NCBI GenBank assembly: GCA_030390025.1
Contig: CM059438.1
Span: 70,062,001-70,126,000, forward strand
DNA: 64,000 nt
Direction of reading: 5' to 3'
Source of the DNA: Squalus acanthias
Lineage: Eukaryota
Made by a program: the position numbers and the translations under genes. The notes beneath the pieces were generated by a model. It ran no database searches, was not told the origin of the DNA, and worked only from the letters and a program-made list of their open reading frames with translations. Of this stretch, positions 25,417 to 37,163 are shown one piece after another; within the stretch, counting starts at the first letter, position 1, and every line of letters begins with the position of its first letter.

Positions 25417-25659
25417 CTTGACATCGTTGCCTGTCTTTCCAGCTTTTTAAAAAAACAAACACAAGAAACAAACACAAGAAACAAACCCAAATGGAGAGGA
25501 TATGCAGCCAACAGGTGTTTTGACACGTTGGACCCCCTGGGACACATCTCATTGTCTTGGCTGTGCTCTTAGTGTGTCTTTGATGTAGGGAAAGATTGAA
25601 TCTCTGCATTTTCTCTGTTTATATTCTGTGAATTCTGGTAGATCCTCTCACAGTAACTC

Positions 25660-25697
25660 TACCTGAAGAAGGGGCAGGATAGCTCCGAAAGCTTGTA
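25660..25697 (+). ncRNA. Minimal type I hammerhead ribozyme motif (PLE family B)
   Basis: tac-CTGAAGA-a-ggggc(aggata)gctcc-GAAA-GC-TT-gta. Core intact; stem I tac/gta; stem II 5 bp with one G.U pair; palindromic AGCT stem III. Confidence 0.78.
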
Positions 25698-26871
25698 ATT
25701 TTAAATAAATCTGTTGGACTATAACCTGGTGTTGTGCGACTTCTCGTTTTTGTCCACCCCAGTCCAACGCCGGCATCTCCGCATCATGACCACTTCCTGA
25801 AACTGAGTTGTATCTTATTGTGTGAGGGGGCTGAGTGAGTAAGTGCTTTATACTCTGTTTTTTAAAGTGCACAATCTTTCCATCATGTGCTTCTGTTTGA
25901 ATCCAGCTCAGACAGAAAGGATGATGGTTTCCATCTGTTACTTGTTAAGGGTCACAAGGGAAATGAGCTCTGCCAGCTTCAATTCAGTTCTCAGCAGAGG
26001 AGATCCCAAGGTGCAAATTGTCTATGAATTCAACACTAATTGGCAGAATCACCGCAAGAGGCCAATCGAGAGAGAGTTCAGGTATACAAATGTCACACTG
26101 GTGCAGTGGGATGGTGCTTGTTTAAGGTTAACAGTTCATTTTCAAGGTAGTCAGGTGCAATCTGGCATTGCTCTCCTGCAAGGTCATTTCACACGCCAAG
26201 GGTCTAACTGAGTTCCAAGTAGAATAGCATTCAATCAGAAGCCAGGGATCTAACCTGGGACCTGCTTGGAGTGAATGGCTTGGTTAATCACTGGATGAAT
26301 TTGCTAAGTCATGTTCTGGGAGCTATGATCCATCGCTATAATGAATGCCTGCCGAAAATATAGACACGGTTGATTTTCTGGGAAATATTGGGGAGTTAGC
26401 ATTTTAAAACAATTAATTCTACTTGTATTCTGCCGTAGATGAAATTGTATTTTCTCGGCAATGGAAAATATAATATTTGGTTAATCAATCCCATCATTGG
26501 TGGGTTAATAGCTGGAGACTAAATTGAAATGGAGAGTGTTCTTTTAATTAGATGCAGTTGAAAAAGCCATACAGAATTGCTTTAGTATGGGGGAGTAAAA
26601 AGAAATGCAAGTTTAAGTATTTCTTTAAAGAGGTGAGACGGAAAATGAATGTGTGATATTGAAATTAAATGCAAATGAAAGTCAAAGCTGGGTTTGGAAT
26701 GTCATTTGCTTGTAGAGATTGAACAAAATTGCTTTGAAGTGGTTCTGATGTTTGAAGTGAAGGCCACGTGCAGTTATCACCTTGGTGGGATTTTTCCCGC
26801 AGGTGGGTGGCATGACATGTTGACACCTTTAGTTTTCTTGAATCTCAGGTGAATTTCTGTCTTTTTTTCAG

Positions 26872-26956
26872 GTGAATGTGGCTGTCACGATGGCTACTCT
26901 CCAGATCCAATCCACAACCATCTTTGCGTGAGAAGTGACTGGGGACAAAATGAAGG
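26872..26956 (+). CDS. ASTN2: Astrotactin-2 internal coding exon (EGF-like region), 85 bp
   Basis: Acceptor ctttttttcAG, donor GTcagt. Translates (G)ECGCHDGYSPDPIHNHLCVRSDWGQNE(G), matching the recalled vertebrate ASTN2 GECSCHEGYAPDPVHRHLCVRSDWGQSEG better than ASTN1. Ends in phase 2, compatible with the next exon. Confidence 0.93.
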
Positions 26957-27278
26957 GTCAGTTCGGTAAATGAAGAACATTGTGTGTATGGTGTATGTTG
27001 CACAGAGTATAAGGGACCATGTCCTGTTTATTACAAATTCTACTTTTTTTTAAAATCAAGTTTTGTCCTGTAATTCTTTGCATCATGAACAGCAGGAACT
27101 GGATGGCAAAATACTTGGGATGTCCTTTATATGGGTGCTTCTACACTGTTATTTGGTGCATTGGGATCATGGAAGTGTGATGCAAAAACAGCCGTCCTGC
27201 ATCACTCTCCCATTTATAGATTTGAAATCTGCTGCCAGTCTCCTGCAGGCTTCTTCGACCCAGAAACCAATGACAAAT

Positions 27279-27747
27279 TACATAGAATTTTACAGCACAG
27301 ATACAGATTATTCGGCCCAACAGGTCTATGCCGATGTTTATGCTCCACGCGAGCCTTCTCCCAACTTACTTCATCTCACCCTATCAACGTATCCTTCTAT
27401 TGCTTTCTCCTCATGTACTTATCTAGCTTCCCTTTAAATGCCTCTATGCCATTCGCCTCAACCACTCCACGTGGTAGTGAGTTGCACATTCTAACCACTC
27501 TCTGGCTAAATAATTTTCTCCTGAGTTACTTTTTGGATTTATTAGTGACTATTTTCTGTTTATGGCCCTGAGTTATGGACTCTCTCACAAGTGGAAACAT
27601 CCTCTCTACGTCTACCCTATCGAACCGCTTCATAATTTTAATGACCTCTATCAGGTCACCTCTTAGTCTTCTCTTTTCCAGAGAAAAGAGCCTCAGCCTG
27701 TTCAGTCTTTCCTGATAGTTATACTCTCTTAGTTCTGGTATCATAGT
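27279..27747 (-). mobile_element. CR1 LINE 3' end
   Basis: ORF 27526..27774 YQERLNRLRLFSLEKRRLRGDLIEV; catagaa tail on +. Confidence 0.85.
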
Positions 27748-28384
27748 GCAAAAAACATTTTGCAAAGTTCTCAATGGATCTCTATTTCCAGTGGATCCAG
27801 GTAGGATGGGTAGTTCACAGTAGGGAGTGCATCAGCTGTGTTGAAACCTGACTTCAGGAACTAATGGCTCTTCAGTAACATAAACAAACCCTCCTTCCAC
27901 CTTCTCTTCAGTTTGAGGTCCTTCCTCCCCACCAAGACAGAAAAGTCAATTTTTCTTTAAAACTGACTTCCTATCCCTGTTGTTTGTCCACACCTCTTTC
28001 CTCTGGAGGGACCAATCAGTACCTGATGACTTCTTTCAGCTTGGAGCATGATGATAGTTTACTGGCGAGATGTCAGCGCTTCTTTGTGATTCCCATCACT
28101 AGCTGGATGCTCAAGTTGATGTCACTTGCTCCCGTCTCGCGACAAAAAACTTCTGCTTTTCTGATGTTCTCCATTGGGGTCTCAGGCAACAGCTTGACAG
28201 AACTTGCTCCCAACTATAGAAGGTGAGCTCGAGTGACCAGGCCCAAGATTTTTAGTCATGAGTTCGATACCTGAGGTGTTGCCTTGTGCCAAAAAGCACA
28301 AACATGGTTAAAAGATGCAAGCTGGGTCTGTTACAGGGGCCACAGAGGCCAACCATGGGGCATTAATGTCTTTTTTTAATTGTA

Positions 28385-28592
28385 TTCCCTCCCTAAACTT
28401 CTCTGCCTCGCTACTTCTCTTTCTTCCTTTAAGACGCTCCTTAAAACCTACCTCTTTGACCAAGCTTTTGGTCATCTGCCCTAATATCTCCTTATGTGGC
28501 TCAGTGTCAAATTTTGTTAGGTAACGCTCCTGTAAAGTGCCTTGGAACTATGTTTAACTATGTTAAAGGTGCTATATAAATACAAGTTGCTA
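28385..28592 (+). mobile_element. L2-type LINE 3' end
   Basis: tcctttaagacgctccttaaaacctacctctttgaccaagc followed by tail aaaggtgctatataaatacaagt; reverse complement of the element at 30079. Confidence 0.75.
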
Positions 28593-28859
28593 TTGTATTT
28601 TCAGCTGTTTACATTTGGTTACATATTTTATGAAGTCATTTCCATTTTTTCTTGTAACTCTGGAACTGGGAATAGCAAGGTCCATTGAGTATTCTTGTTC
28701 AATGCAGGGCCATTTCCTCAACATTGCATTCAATTATTTCAATGCATTAATGTGAAAGTGTATGCAAGAGACATTTAAGTACGTTTAGAATTATTTGTTA
28801 AGTGACATGAACTAGGTTGCCTGCTAGAATCCACACTAAGAAGCACGTTATAAAAATTC

Positions 28860-29165
28860 CCATGCATTCACTAAGCCGTGCAGAGTTGAAGGTCGCAGGT
28901 TTTATCTCTGTTCCTTGCCATTTTAGCTGATAGTCAGTCAGACCAGCAGTTAAGCCCTGGGCCAAGGAGTGAAAAAAATCAGCCAAGGTTCCTGCTCACT
29001 GATAAGGAGTGAACCCTAATGAGAAGCAGGCATGTATTGATGTCACATGAGAGCTTGGTTGTGATACCCTCCATGGTCAAATAATCTACAGATGCTCAGT
29101 GTCTGGGTATTGTTTGTGAAGAATGACCACTTGCACAAGGTACTGGAGGGCTGGTGGTACACCAA
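28860..29165 (+). mobile_element. Degenerate SINE-like dispersed repeat (third family)
   Basis: Shares motifs with the 47600-47885 segment (ctgggc..; gtgatacc/gtgatgcc..ccatg..aaata). Confidence 0.45.
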
Positions 29166-30078
29166 ATTCATACTCCAGCAAATATGACTATTTTGCGAGC
29201 GAAGGGGGAGAAAATTCAAAGAAAAAAGTCTCTCACTTGTACTACACAAAATTTTAAACACCCTTAAATCACATGGATATGTTCTGAATAATATAACGTA
29301 GGCACTGTAAAACTACTGAGGTATTTGCCACATGACTGCAGTGGTCATTGTGTGTTCCTGGTGCCAATTCAGCAGCCTGGATGTGTTGATTGCCACCTCT
29401 GCTCATTCTGGTTTCAGTGAAGCTTGTGCAGATGGCAGTTTCACCACAGTCCTTTACATTGTAGTGTGGAAGAGTTTGGTAGGTCTGGTATTGGCAACTG
29501 TTAACAGACTGAGATATTGCACTTACTAACATATGTATTAGACAGCTACTCAGTGCCAGGAGTAGAGGGATACGGGGTTGACACATGGCAGGGGAGAACT
29601 GTAAGGGTTGAAGGAGGATCTTAATGACTGGTTGATCGAAATCGCCTTTTCTTAATACTGACTTCTTTATTTTCATATCTACCCTGCATTACAGACCCCT
29701 CAGTTATACTAAAAGTACTTATGGTCCTCTCAGTAGTGTCACTTAGGTTTCCAACTTAATGGCTGAAGATGACTCACTTCCTTGTGGCAATTCCCTGTAG
29801 ATGCCTCACTGCAGTATACAGGATAATAGTTGTGATAGCATGCAATAAGAAGATAAGAGATAGGAGCAGGAGTATGCCATACGCCATTCAGTAAGATCAT
29901 GGCTGAACTTTTACATCAACTCTACTTTCCAACCCTAGCCCCATATCCCTTGATTTCCTTATCAATCTATCGATCTCAGTCTTGAATGTACCCAATGACT
30001 GAGCATCCACAGCCCTCTGGGAATAGAGAATTGCAAAGATTCTCAACCCTCTGAGTGAAGAAATTTCTCCTCATCTCA

Positions 30079-30980
30079 ACAACAACTTCTATAGTGCCTT
30101 TAATGTAATAAAACGTCCCAAGGTGCTTCTCAGGAATGTTTTATAAAAAAAAAACTGACACCGAGTCATATAAGGAGATGTTAGGGCAGATGACCAAAAG
30201 CTTGGTTGAAGAGGTAGGCTTTAAGGAGCATGTTAAAGGAGGAAAGAGATTTAGGGAGGGAATTCCAGAGCTTAGGACCTAGGCAGCTGAAGGCACAACC
30301 GCCAATGGTGTAGCATTTAAAATCGAGGATGTTAAAAGCCAGAATAGGCGGAGCGCAGAGGTCTAGGGGGATTATAGGGCTGGAGATTACAGAGATAAGG
30401 AGGGGCAAGGCCATGGAGGGATTTGAAAACAAGGTTGAGAATTTTAAAATCAAGGCGTTGCTTAACTGGGAGCCAATGTAGGTCAGCGAGCACAGGGGAG
30501 ATGGGTGAGTGGGACTTGGTGCGAGTTAGGACACGGGCGGCAGAGTTTTAGATGACCTCAAGGCGCTTAGGTCGGGGAAGGCAGGGAGAGAATAAGATAG
30601 GGCAATTTGGATTGCTGCCAGCTAGGAAGCAGTGATGAGTACCTCGGTGGACCTTTCAAAGGATGCCAAGAGAGGCACAGAGGGAAGCTGAGGAATTATT
30701 TAAGATGGAGTCGAGCCTTGAGCGGTGGCAGGAGAGTAAGAAAGATGATGAGTAATGGAGAATCGGTTAGTGAGGGTAGAGCACATGACGGCGGAGAAAG
30801 AAAAGGAGGCATGAAGGCAGAGGAAGGTTAATGAAGAAAGAGGAAAAAGGAAGAGATAGAAGTGATGGAACTCGGGTCTGGGGCAGCAGCCAAAACACGC
30901 ACGCGTATGGACACGGTGAATTAAGTTACAAAGACATGATTAAAGACACTCTCTCGCCCTGTGACAGTATGAAGTGGCAC
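30079..30980 (-). mobile_element. L2-type LINE 3' end plus about 420 bp of unassigned 5' sequence, nested in CR1
   Basis: (AAC)n tail at 30079. L2 C-terminal motifs (ADLHWLP, FSCLGPKLWNSLP, LKAYLF) up to about 30563. TCTCA duplicated at 30074-30078 and 30981-30985. Confidence 0.75.
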
Positions 30981-31285
30981 TCTCAGTCCTAAATGGCTAA
31001 CCCTTATCATGAGACTATGACACCTAATTCTGGAATCTCCAGCCAGGGGAACCAGCCTCTCAACATCTACCCTGTCAAGCCTTCTAATAATTTTATACAT
31101 TTCAATGAGATCACCTCTCATTCTTCTAAACTCCAGAGAATATAAGCCCATTCTACTCAATCTCTCCCCATAGGACAGCCCCCTCATCCCAGGAATCAAT
31201 CTAGTGCACCTTCATTGCACCTCATCTTAGGCAAGTATATCCTTCCTTCGGAAAGGAGACCAAAATTATACACAGTACTCCAGGT

Positions 31286-31448
31286 CAATGTTCCCATTAT
31301 TTTTTGGGGGGGAGGGTATGCGGCTTCTTTAAAGGGCTGCACAGCCCATTCAGACTAACGCACATGCGCGGTTTTTCACGTTGAAAAGCCGGCGAGCCGG
31401 CTACGCGGGAGGTCCAGAGCGTGGCCGCGCAGCTTAAAGGGAACATTG
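31286..31448. mobile_element. hAT MITE (163 bp) nested in CR1
   Basis: Perfect 10-bp TIR CAATGTTCCC/GGGAACATTG. Perfect 8-bp TSD CTCCAGGT at 31278-31285 and 31449-31456. Confidence 0.92.
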
Positions 31449-33369
31449 CTCCAGGTGTGGTCTCATCAAAGCCCTATATAATTGCAGCAAGACTTCCTTA
31501 CCCTTATACTGCAACCCCCTTGCAATAAAGGCTAACATACCATTTGCCTTCATAACTGCTTGCTGTACCTGCATGTTAACTTTCTGTGATTCGTGTACAA
31601 GGACACCTAAATCCCTCTGAATGCCAACATTTACTAGCCTCTCTCTTTTTAAAAAATATTCTGCTTTTCCATTCTTCCTACCAAAGTGGATAATTTCACA
31701 CTTCCCCACATTATAATCCATCTGCCACCTTCTTGTCAATCACTTAACCAGTCATTATCCCTTAGCAGCCTCTTTACGTCCTCTTCACAGCTTACTTTCC
31801 CACCTAGCCTTGTATCATCAGCAAACTTGGATAAATGACACTTGGTCCCCTCATTTAAGTCATTGATATAGATTGTAAATAGCTGAGGCCCCAGCACTGA
31901 TCCTTGCGGTACTCCACTAGCAACAGCCTGCCAACCTGAAAATGACCCGTTTATTCCTACTGTCTATTTTCTGTCTGTTAACCAATCCTCGATCAATGCT
32001 AATATACTACCCTCAATCCCATGAGCCCTAACCTTGTGTAACAACCTATTGTGTGCCACCTTATCGAATGACTTCTGAAAATCCAAATATACTACATCCT
32101 CTGGTTCCCCCATATCTACCCTGCTGGTTACATCTTCAAAAACTCTAGTAGATTTGTCAAATACGATTTCCCTTTCATAAAACTGTGTTGACTCTGCCTA
32201 ATCATATTGTGATTTTCCAAGCGTCCTGTTACCAAGTCCTTAATAATAGAATCTAGCACTTTCCCTACAACTGATATCAGGATAACTGGCTTATAATTCC
32301 CTGTTTTCTCTCTCCCTCCTTTCTTGAAAAGCGGGGTTACATTTGCTACCTTCCAATCCATGGGGATCGTTGTAGAATCTAGAGAATTCTGGAAGATCAA
32401 AATTAATGCATCCACTATCTCTGCAGACACTTCTTTTAAAACCCTAGTATGCAGGCCATCAGGTCCAGGGGATTTGTCGGCTTTTAGTCCCGTTAATTTC
32501 ATTAGAACCTTTTCTTTACTAATATTAATTACTTTAAGTTCTTCACTCTCATTAGACCCTAGGTTCCCCACACCTTCCAATATGTTCTTTGTGTCTTTTA
32601 TTGTGAAGACAGACACAAAATATTTGTTTAATGCCGCTACCATTTCCTTATTCCCCACTATAATTTCTCCTGACTCTGCCTCTCAGGGACCCATGTTTAC
32701 ATTCGCTAATCTCTTCCATTTTACATACTTGTAGAAGTTCTTGCAATCTGTTTTTTTCTATTTTTCTTGATAGTTTACTCTAATATTCTATTTTCTCCAT
32801 CTTTATCACTTTCTTGGTCATACTTTGCTGATTTTTAAAACCCTCTAAAATGACCTTCTGTGCTTGCATTGCAACTTCATTTAGATCCGACATTTTGCTG
32901 GCTGTTTAATTCTTGTCCAGCTGTCTTGCTTGTGGAACAAGATATTGTGATTGTTTCAACCTGTTTTTGTGTGTGTTTGAATTCAAGTTTCTTTTGACAT
33001 GTTCATATGAAAGTATAATGGCTTCAACCTCTTGTGTATCTGCCCTCCCTTCTCACCAGCATTGGTCGCTGTGTCTTCAACTGTCTCAGTACCACTGGAA
33101 TTCCCTCCCTAGACCTCTCCACCTCCCTCTCCTCTTTGACAAAGCTCTCATAATCTCTCCTTTGGCTTAATGTCATTTTTCCTTCTGCATCTGTGATGAG
33201 CCTTGGGAAGTTTTTCTACTTTTAAGGGTGCTACATAAATGCAAGTCATTTCTGTTTATATTGTTAGCATGTAGTGATTAGTCCAGTGATTAGATTTGGA
33301 ATAATCAAACCTTCCTTGCTGTCCAGTCATTTCTTAACCTGCATTTAATTGTCACTGCTGTTTTTGTAG

Positions 33370-33444
33370 ACCTTGGCCATATACAACACTGGAAAGAGGT
33401 TATGACCTTGTGACAGGGGAACAGGCTCCAGAAAAGATATTCAG
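33370..33444 (+). CDS. ASTN2: Astrotactin-2 internal coding exon, 75 bp
   Basis: Acceptor tttttgtAG, donor GTaaaa. Translates (G)[24 protein letters not shown](R). Phase 2/2; joins both neighbouring exons in frame. Confidence 0.95.
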
Positions 33445-33772
33445 GTAAAAAAATGAATTTATTTCATCAACTTTCTTTTTTTCTGCTGCAGTAACTTATT
33501 AATGAGAAGGGGCTATCTATGTTAATTGGTCATAGTCAACACTCTAATGATATAGCTCACCTAGACCTAGACTGTACCACATTCAGGTTACATTTCTTGG
33601 ACTCAATTTGAATATGATTGTCTCTTTCAATGGATTGGTGGGCAGGTATGTGGACCTTTGTACATTTGGGACATGGCTCTTATCCAGCCATGACTGATTA
33701 GATGAAACTCTTCCCCATTTTTAATGTCCTAAGTGAACTGAGTTTCATTACTCTTCAGCATGAAACTATATA

Positions 33773-34027
33773 CAGTAAACTCTTTTTCTTATCCGGCACC
33801 TACGGGACCAGGATGGTGCCGGTTGATGAAAAATTCTGGATAACAGAGGTATACCTACCAAGGCAATTTTTAACACAAACAAAAATAAAAACCACTGACT
33901 AACTCGGCCACCGCGGGAGACTCGGACTCGGCAAAATGAGTGCTGGATGGATTCGGCAAGATTACCGGTTATCTATTTTGCCGGTTATTAAAGTATTCCG
34001 AATGATAAAGTGCCGTTTAGTTTACTG
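33773..34027. mobile_element. Tc1/mariner-pogo (Tigger-like) MITE
   Basis: TIR CAGTAAACT/AGTTTACTG with TA on both flanks; internal CCGG-containing subterminal motifs. Confidence 0.75.
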
Positions 34028-36159
34028 TATAATTAAGCACTAATCAGCACTAAATTGGTAGTCTCACTCTGGGAAAACACGTGGGTAGTTGCAGTGGAAA
34101 ATTTTACAGTTAGGATTAAGGTATATTGTTAGAGCAGAATAGAGTAATCTTTATTCTACATTTAACTTGTGTTGTACCTGACCCAGGAGTGTTTGAGACG
34201 ATTACGTACACAAAAATAAATTACAAACTTTTCCATTGTCCATCATTGACATCCCTCCTTCACTCTTTTGAGTACAGAATGCGCTTTATGTCATGGAAAG
34301 AAATGAAAGAAATAATCATTTATTTAACTGACGGTCCACTATTTCAAACCATTATTTTTAAAAATAACTTAATGGCTCTCCTGTGGCTTTGGCCATAGTA
34401 GACAGATGAAACCCTATGTAATAATACACAGCATTATACCATGTAAAGCACAATGCATTATTTCATTGATGAGGTTTACCTGTGGCAAGGTTTAAACTGT
34501 GTTTATCCTAAGCTTGTCCCTTGAAGTCTAATTGCTGTTAATAAGCACATCTTGAGGCGAATTGATTTTGGTGAGGGAAGTCTTCAGAATGACAAATGCT
34601 GGTAATTAAGCGTGAATTGAATGCCTTTTATTGTATTTTTGATACTTTGAAAGTGCGATGTCTGAAATTTGACAGACGTAGACTAGAAGGGAGATTTGTA
34701 TATAGACAGAGGTTAGCCAGGCTGCACTCATCTGTGCTCTGTCTGTTTTTCTGGGTCTCGCAGCAACTCAGTGCCATCGTAAACATCTGTCGAGTCAGCC
34801 ACGAGCCTCCCAGTCACTCCAGCGCCTATTCAATCAGTCTGGGTTCATCAGGAGGCACGTGCCAAGTGCAGCCTGAGAGTATGACACGGAGATCAAAGTG
34901 GATCAGTTGCTGCTGCACGGTGGCTTTGACTGCTGTACAGGCTGCAGTTCCCAAGCTGTTGTTTTCCAGCGTATACGCAGAGTGATATTCCTCAGTCCCG
35001 AAGGTCTGGGCTTGGACACAGCCAGTGCCTGGACGTAAGACAGGCTTTGGCATTGAACTGCTGTTGTCAGTTACCTTCAGCCCTGTTCCTTTTCCCAAGC
35101 CCCACTCACTTTCTGGTTTTATACTTGGTAGGACGTGACACTCCATCTTCTCTCAGTTTCAGAATGGTAACTTTGTGTGGCGAATGGAGGGAGTTTAGAA
35201 GAAAATAAGTTTAAAGTACTCCTTTAGGTTAAGAGATTCAGAAATACTGTTACGAAACCAAAGTTCGGATTGGTCTGATGTGCGTCAGCCAATACTTTGT
35301 TTGAATTTGGCCAATGTAATGCCATGATGGTACTGTTTTGTAGGATTCAGTCCACTTCAGTTCTGAGTGTGGATCGCTCCTCTGACTGACTCATAAAAGC
35401 AGATTTCACTGTGTATGTCAATGACCCAAAACTCGCTGTCTGTTTCTGTTCCTCCTCCCTCTACAATCTGCTCATCAGCTTTTCACTTGTATTTCAATTA
35501 ATGAAACAAATTGGTGCACAAGGAAAAACAGATGGTGTTCACCTCTTGCAGTCTGGAGGGCAGTAAATGCAGCCATGCAATCCTTCACAATGGAGCTGAT
35601 AATAACTCTTCAACCATGTCACATCTGTACCAGAATAAAAGGGATTGTTAGGTTACTTGGGTAGAATTCAGATGTATTAATGCTTCCAGCTGCTGTATCA
35701 TCAAGGGTTGAAATCTAGCATGGCACCTCAGTCTGATTGGACACCTGTGAATATGTGGTCATGCAATAGTAGAAACTTAAATGAAACACTTACTGCCAAA
35801 CATTTTTGTTTATGGCCAATGCCTGCTTGCTTGTTTAATGCACACTTAATTCACTGCTAATGATATAGTGGATCTCCTATGCCACTGTTCGCAATAAGGC
35901 AGAGGGTACAGTCTTTTTTAGAGACAGAAGAATTTTAACATGTAGCACATTATTCAGCTGCTGAAAAGTGTAGCCTGGCCTGTCCTGTGAAGGTTGTATG
36001 TTCCAAGTGATGTAAATAAGCACATCTTTAGGTAAATTAGAGGCTAATTCCTTATTTTTGGATTGGTAGCCGCAAGAAAAACTGGATTTTTTAAATACTT
36101 AATTTTTCTTTTCAAATATAATAAAGTGTGACAGACTAGACAAAAGTTACAGATTGACA

Positions 36160-37020
36160 GGTTTATCCTGAGCAAGCAACCAGAAACGAGATAGAATAAA
36201 TGACTGAGGGGCAAGGCTTTTCATGGGAGCTGAACAGGTTGACTTCCTTCTTGCTGATGTTGAGCTGAAGAAAATTCTTGCTCATCCAGTACTCTGTCTC
36301 TGACAGGGCAGTGACGGAGTCAAGCATAGTGACCGATGGGTAAAATTGGCCATCATTGGCATACAAATGTCTATAGATGATGTCATTAAGGGACAGCATG
36401 TAGATGAGGAACAGGAGGAGGCTATTAACTGAGGCTTGGGACATGCTGGAGGTGACCATAAGAGAGCAGGAGGCAAAGTCATCGGAAGAGATGCACTGGC
36501 TATATTGGGTTAAGTAGAAACTAAGATAATTTGGTGGCACAGAGGTAGGCCATAGATAAAGATATTGACTGTGTTAAAAGCTGTAGATAGGTACCATTGG
36601 ACGAGGAATGATATCATGCTCTGGTTACAGTCACATCGGGTATTGTTAATTACTTTGACTAAGTCAGACTTAATGCTGTGGGTAAGGTAGGAACTAGACT
36701 TAAGGGATGCATTAGGGAGAGATGGGAGAAGTGGATGAGAAGTTGGTTAGCAATGGTGTATTCAAAGATCTTAAATCGAAAGAGAAGATTACTGATTGGC
36801 TGGTAACTGAAGGGGTCGAGGATGAGCTTTTTGAGGAGGTGGGGGAGCAATTAGTACAGTGTTGATGACAGCAATGCCTGACAAAAGGGAGAGATGGATG
36901 ATATTAACAAGCATCGGGCTGAGGAGAAGTGGTTGAGTGATAAGGTGCTGAGATGGTGAGTCTCATGGAGGAGTTGAGACTGATGAGTGTTGGGCAGAGG
37001 TGAGAAAGAAACGATAGGGT
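36160..37020 (-). mobile_element. Old L2-type LINE RT fragment
   Basis: Decayed motifs LKK..LDP..YQPISNL, LLFLIYMLSL, HLYANDGQFY and WMSKNFLQLNISK. Confidence 0.7.
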
Positions 37021-37163
37021 GTTACCTGGTGACCATGAGCAGATGTACTACTTCATATGTGTCTGGGCAAGCTACAGCCCATCAATACTGTAATTCAGCT
37101 GGAGCTAGGGGATGAATTTTATAAAAATGTACATATAATCTATTTTTGATAGATATTGGGCTT

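Larger units (their letters stand above)
24337..25792 (+). mobile_element. Penelope-like retroelement family B, 5'-truncated, with inverted 5' pseudo-LTR and 15-bp TSD
   Basis: CTTCCTGAAACTGAG at 24322-24336 and 25793-25807. Approximately 150-bp inverted repeat (24334-24485 versus 25596-25745). Uninterrupted CpG-rich ORF. Confidence 0.94.
29845..32847 (-). mobile_element. CR1 LINE (RT region to 3' tail) carrying two nested insertions
   Basis: ORFs 32128..32658 (KSPGPDGLH, WKVANVTPLFKKG), 31434..31739 and 30921..31199. Interrupted at 30079-30980 and 31286-31448. Confidence 0.9.
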
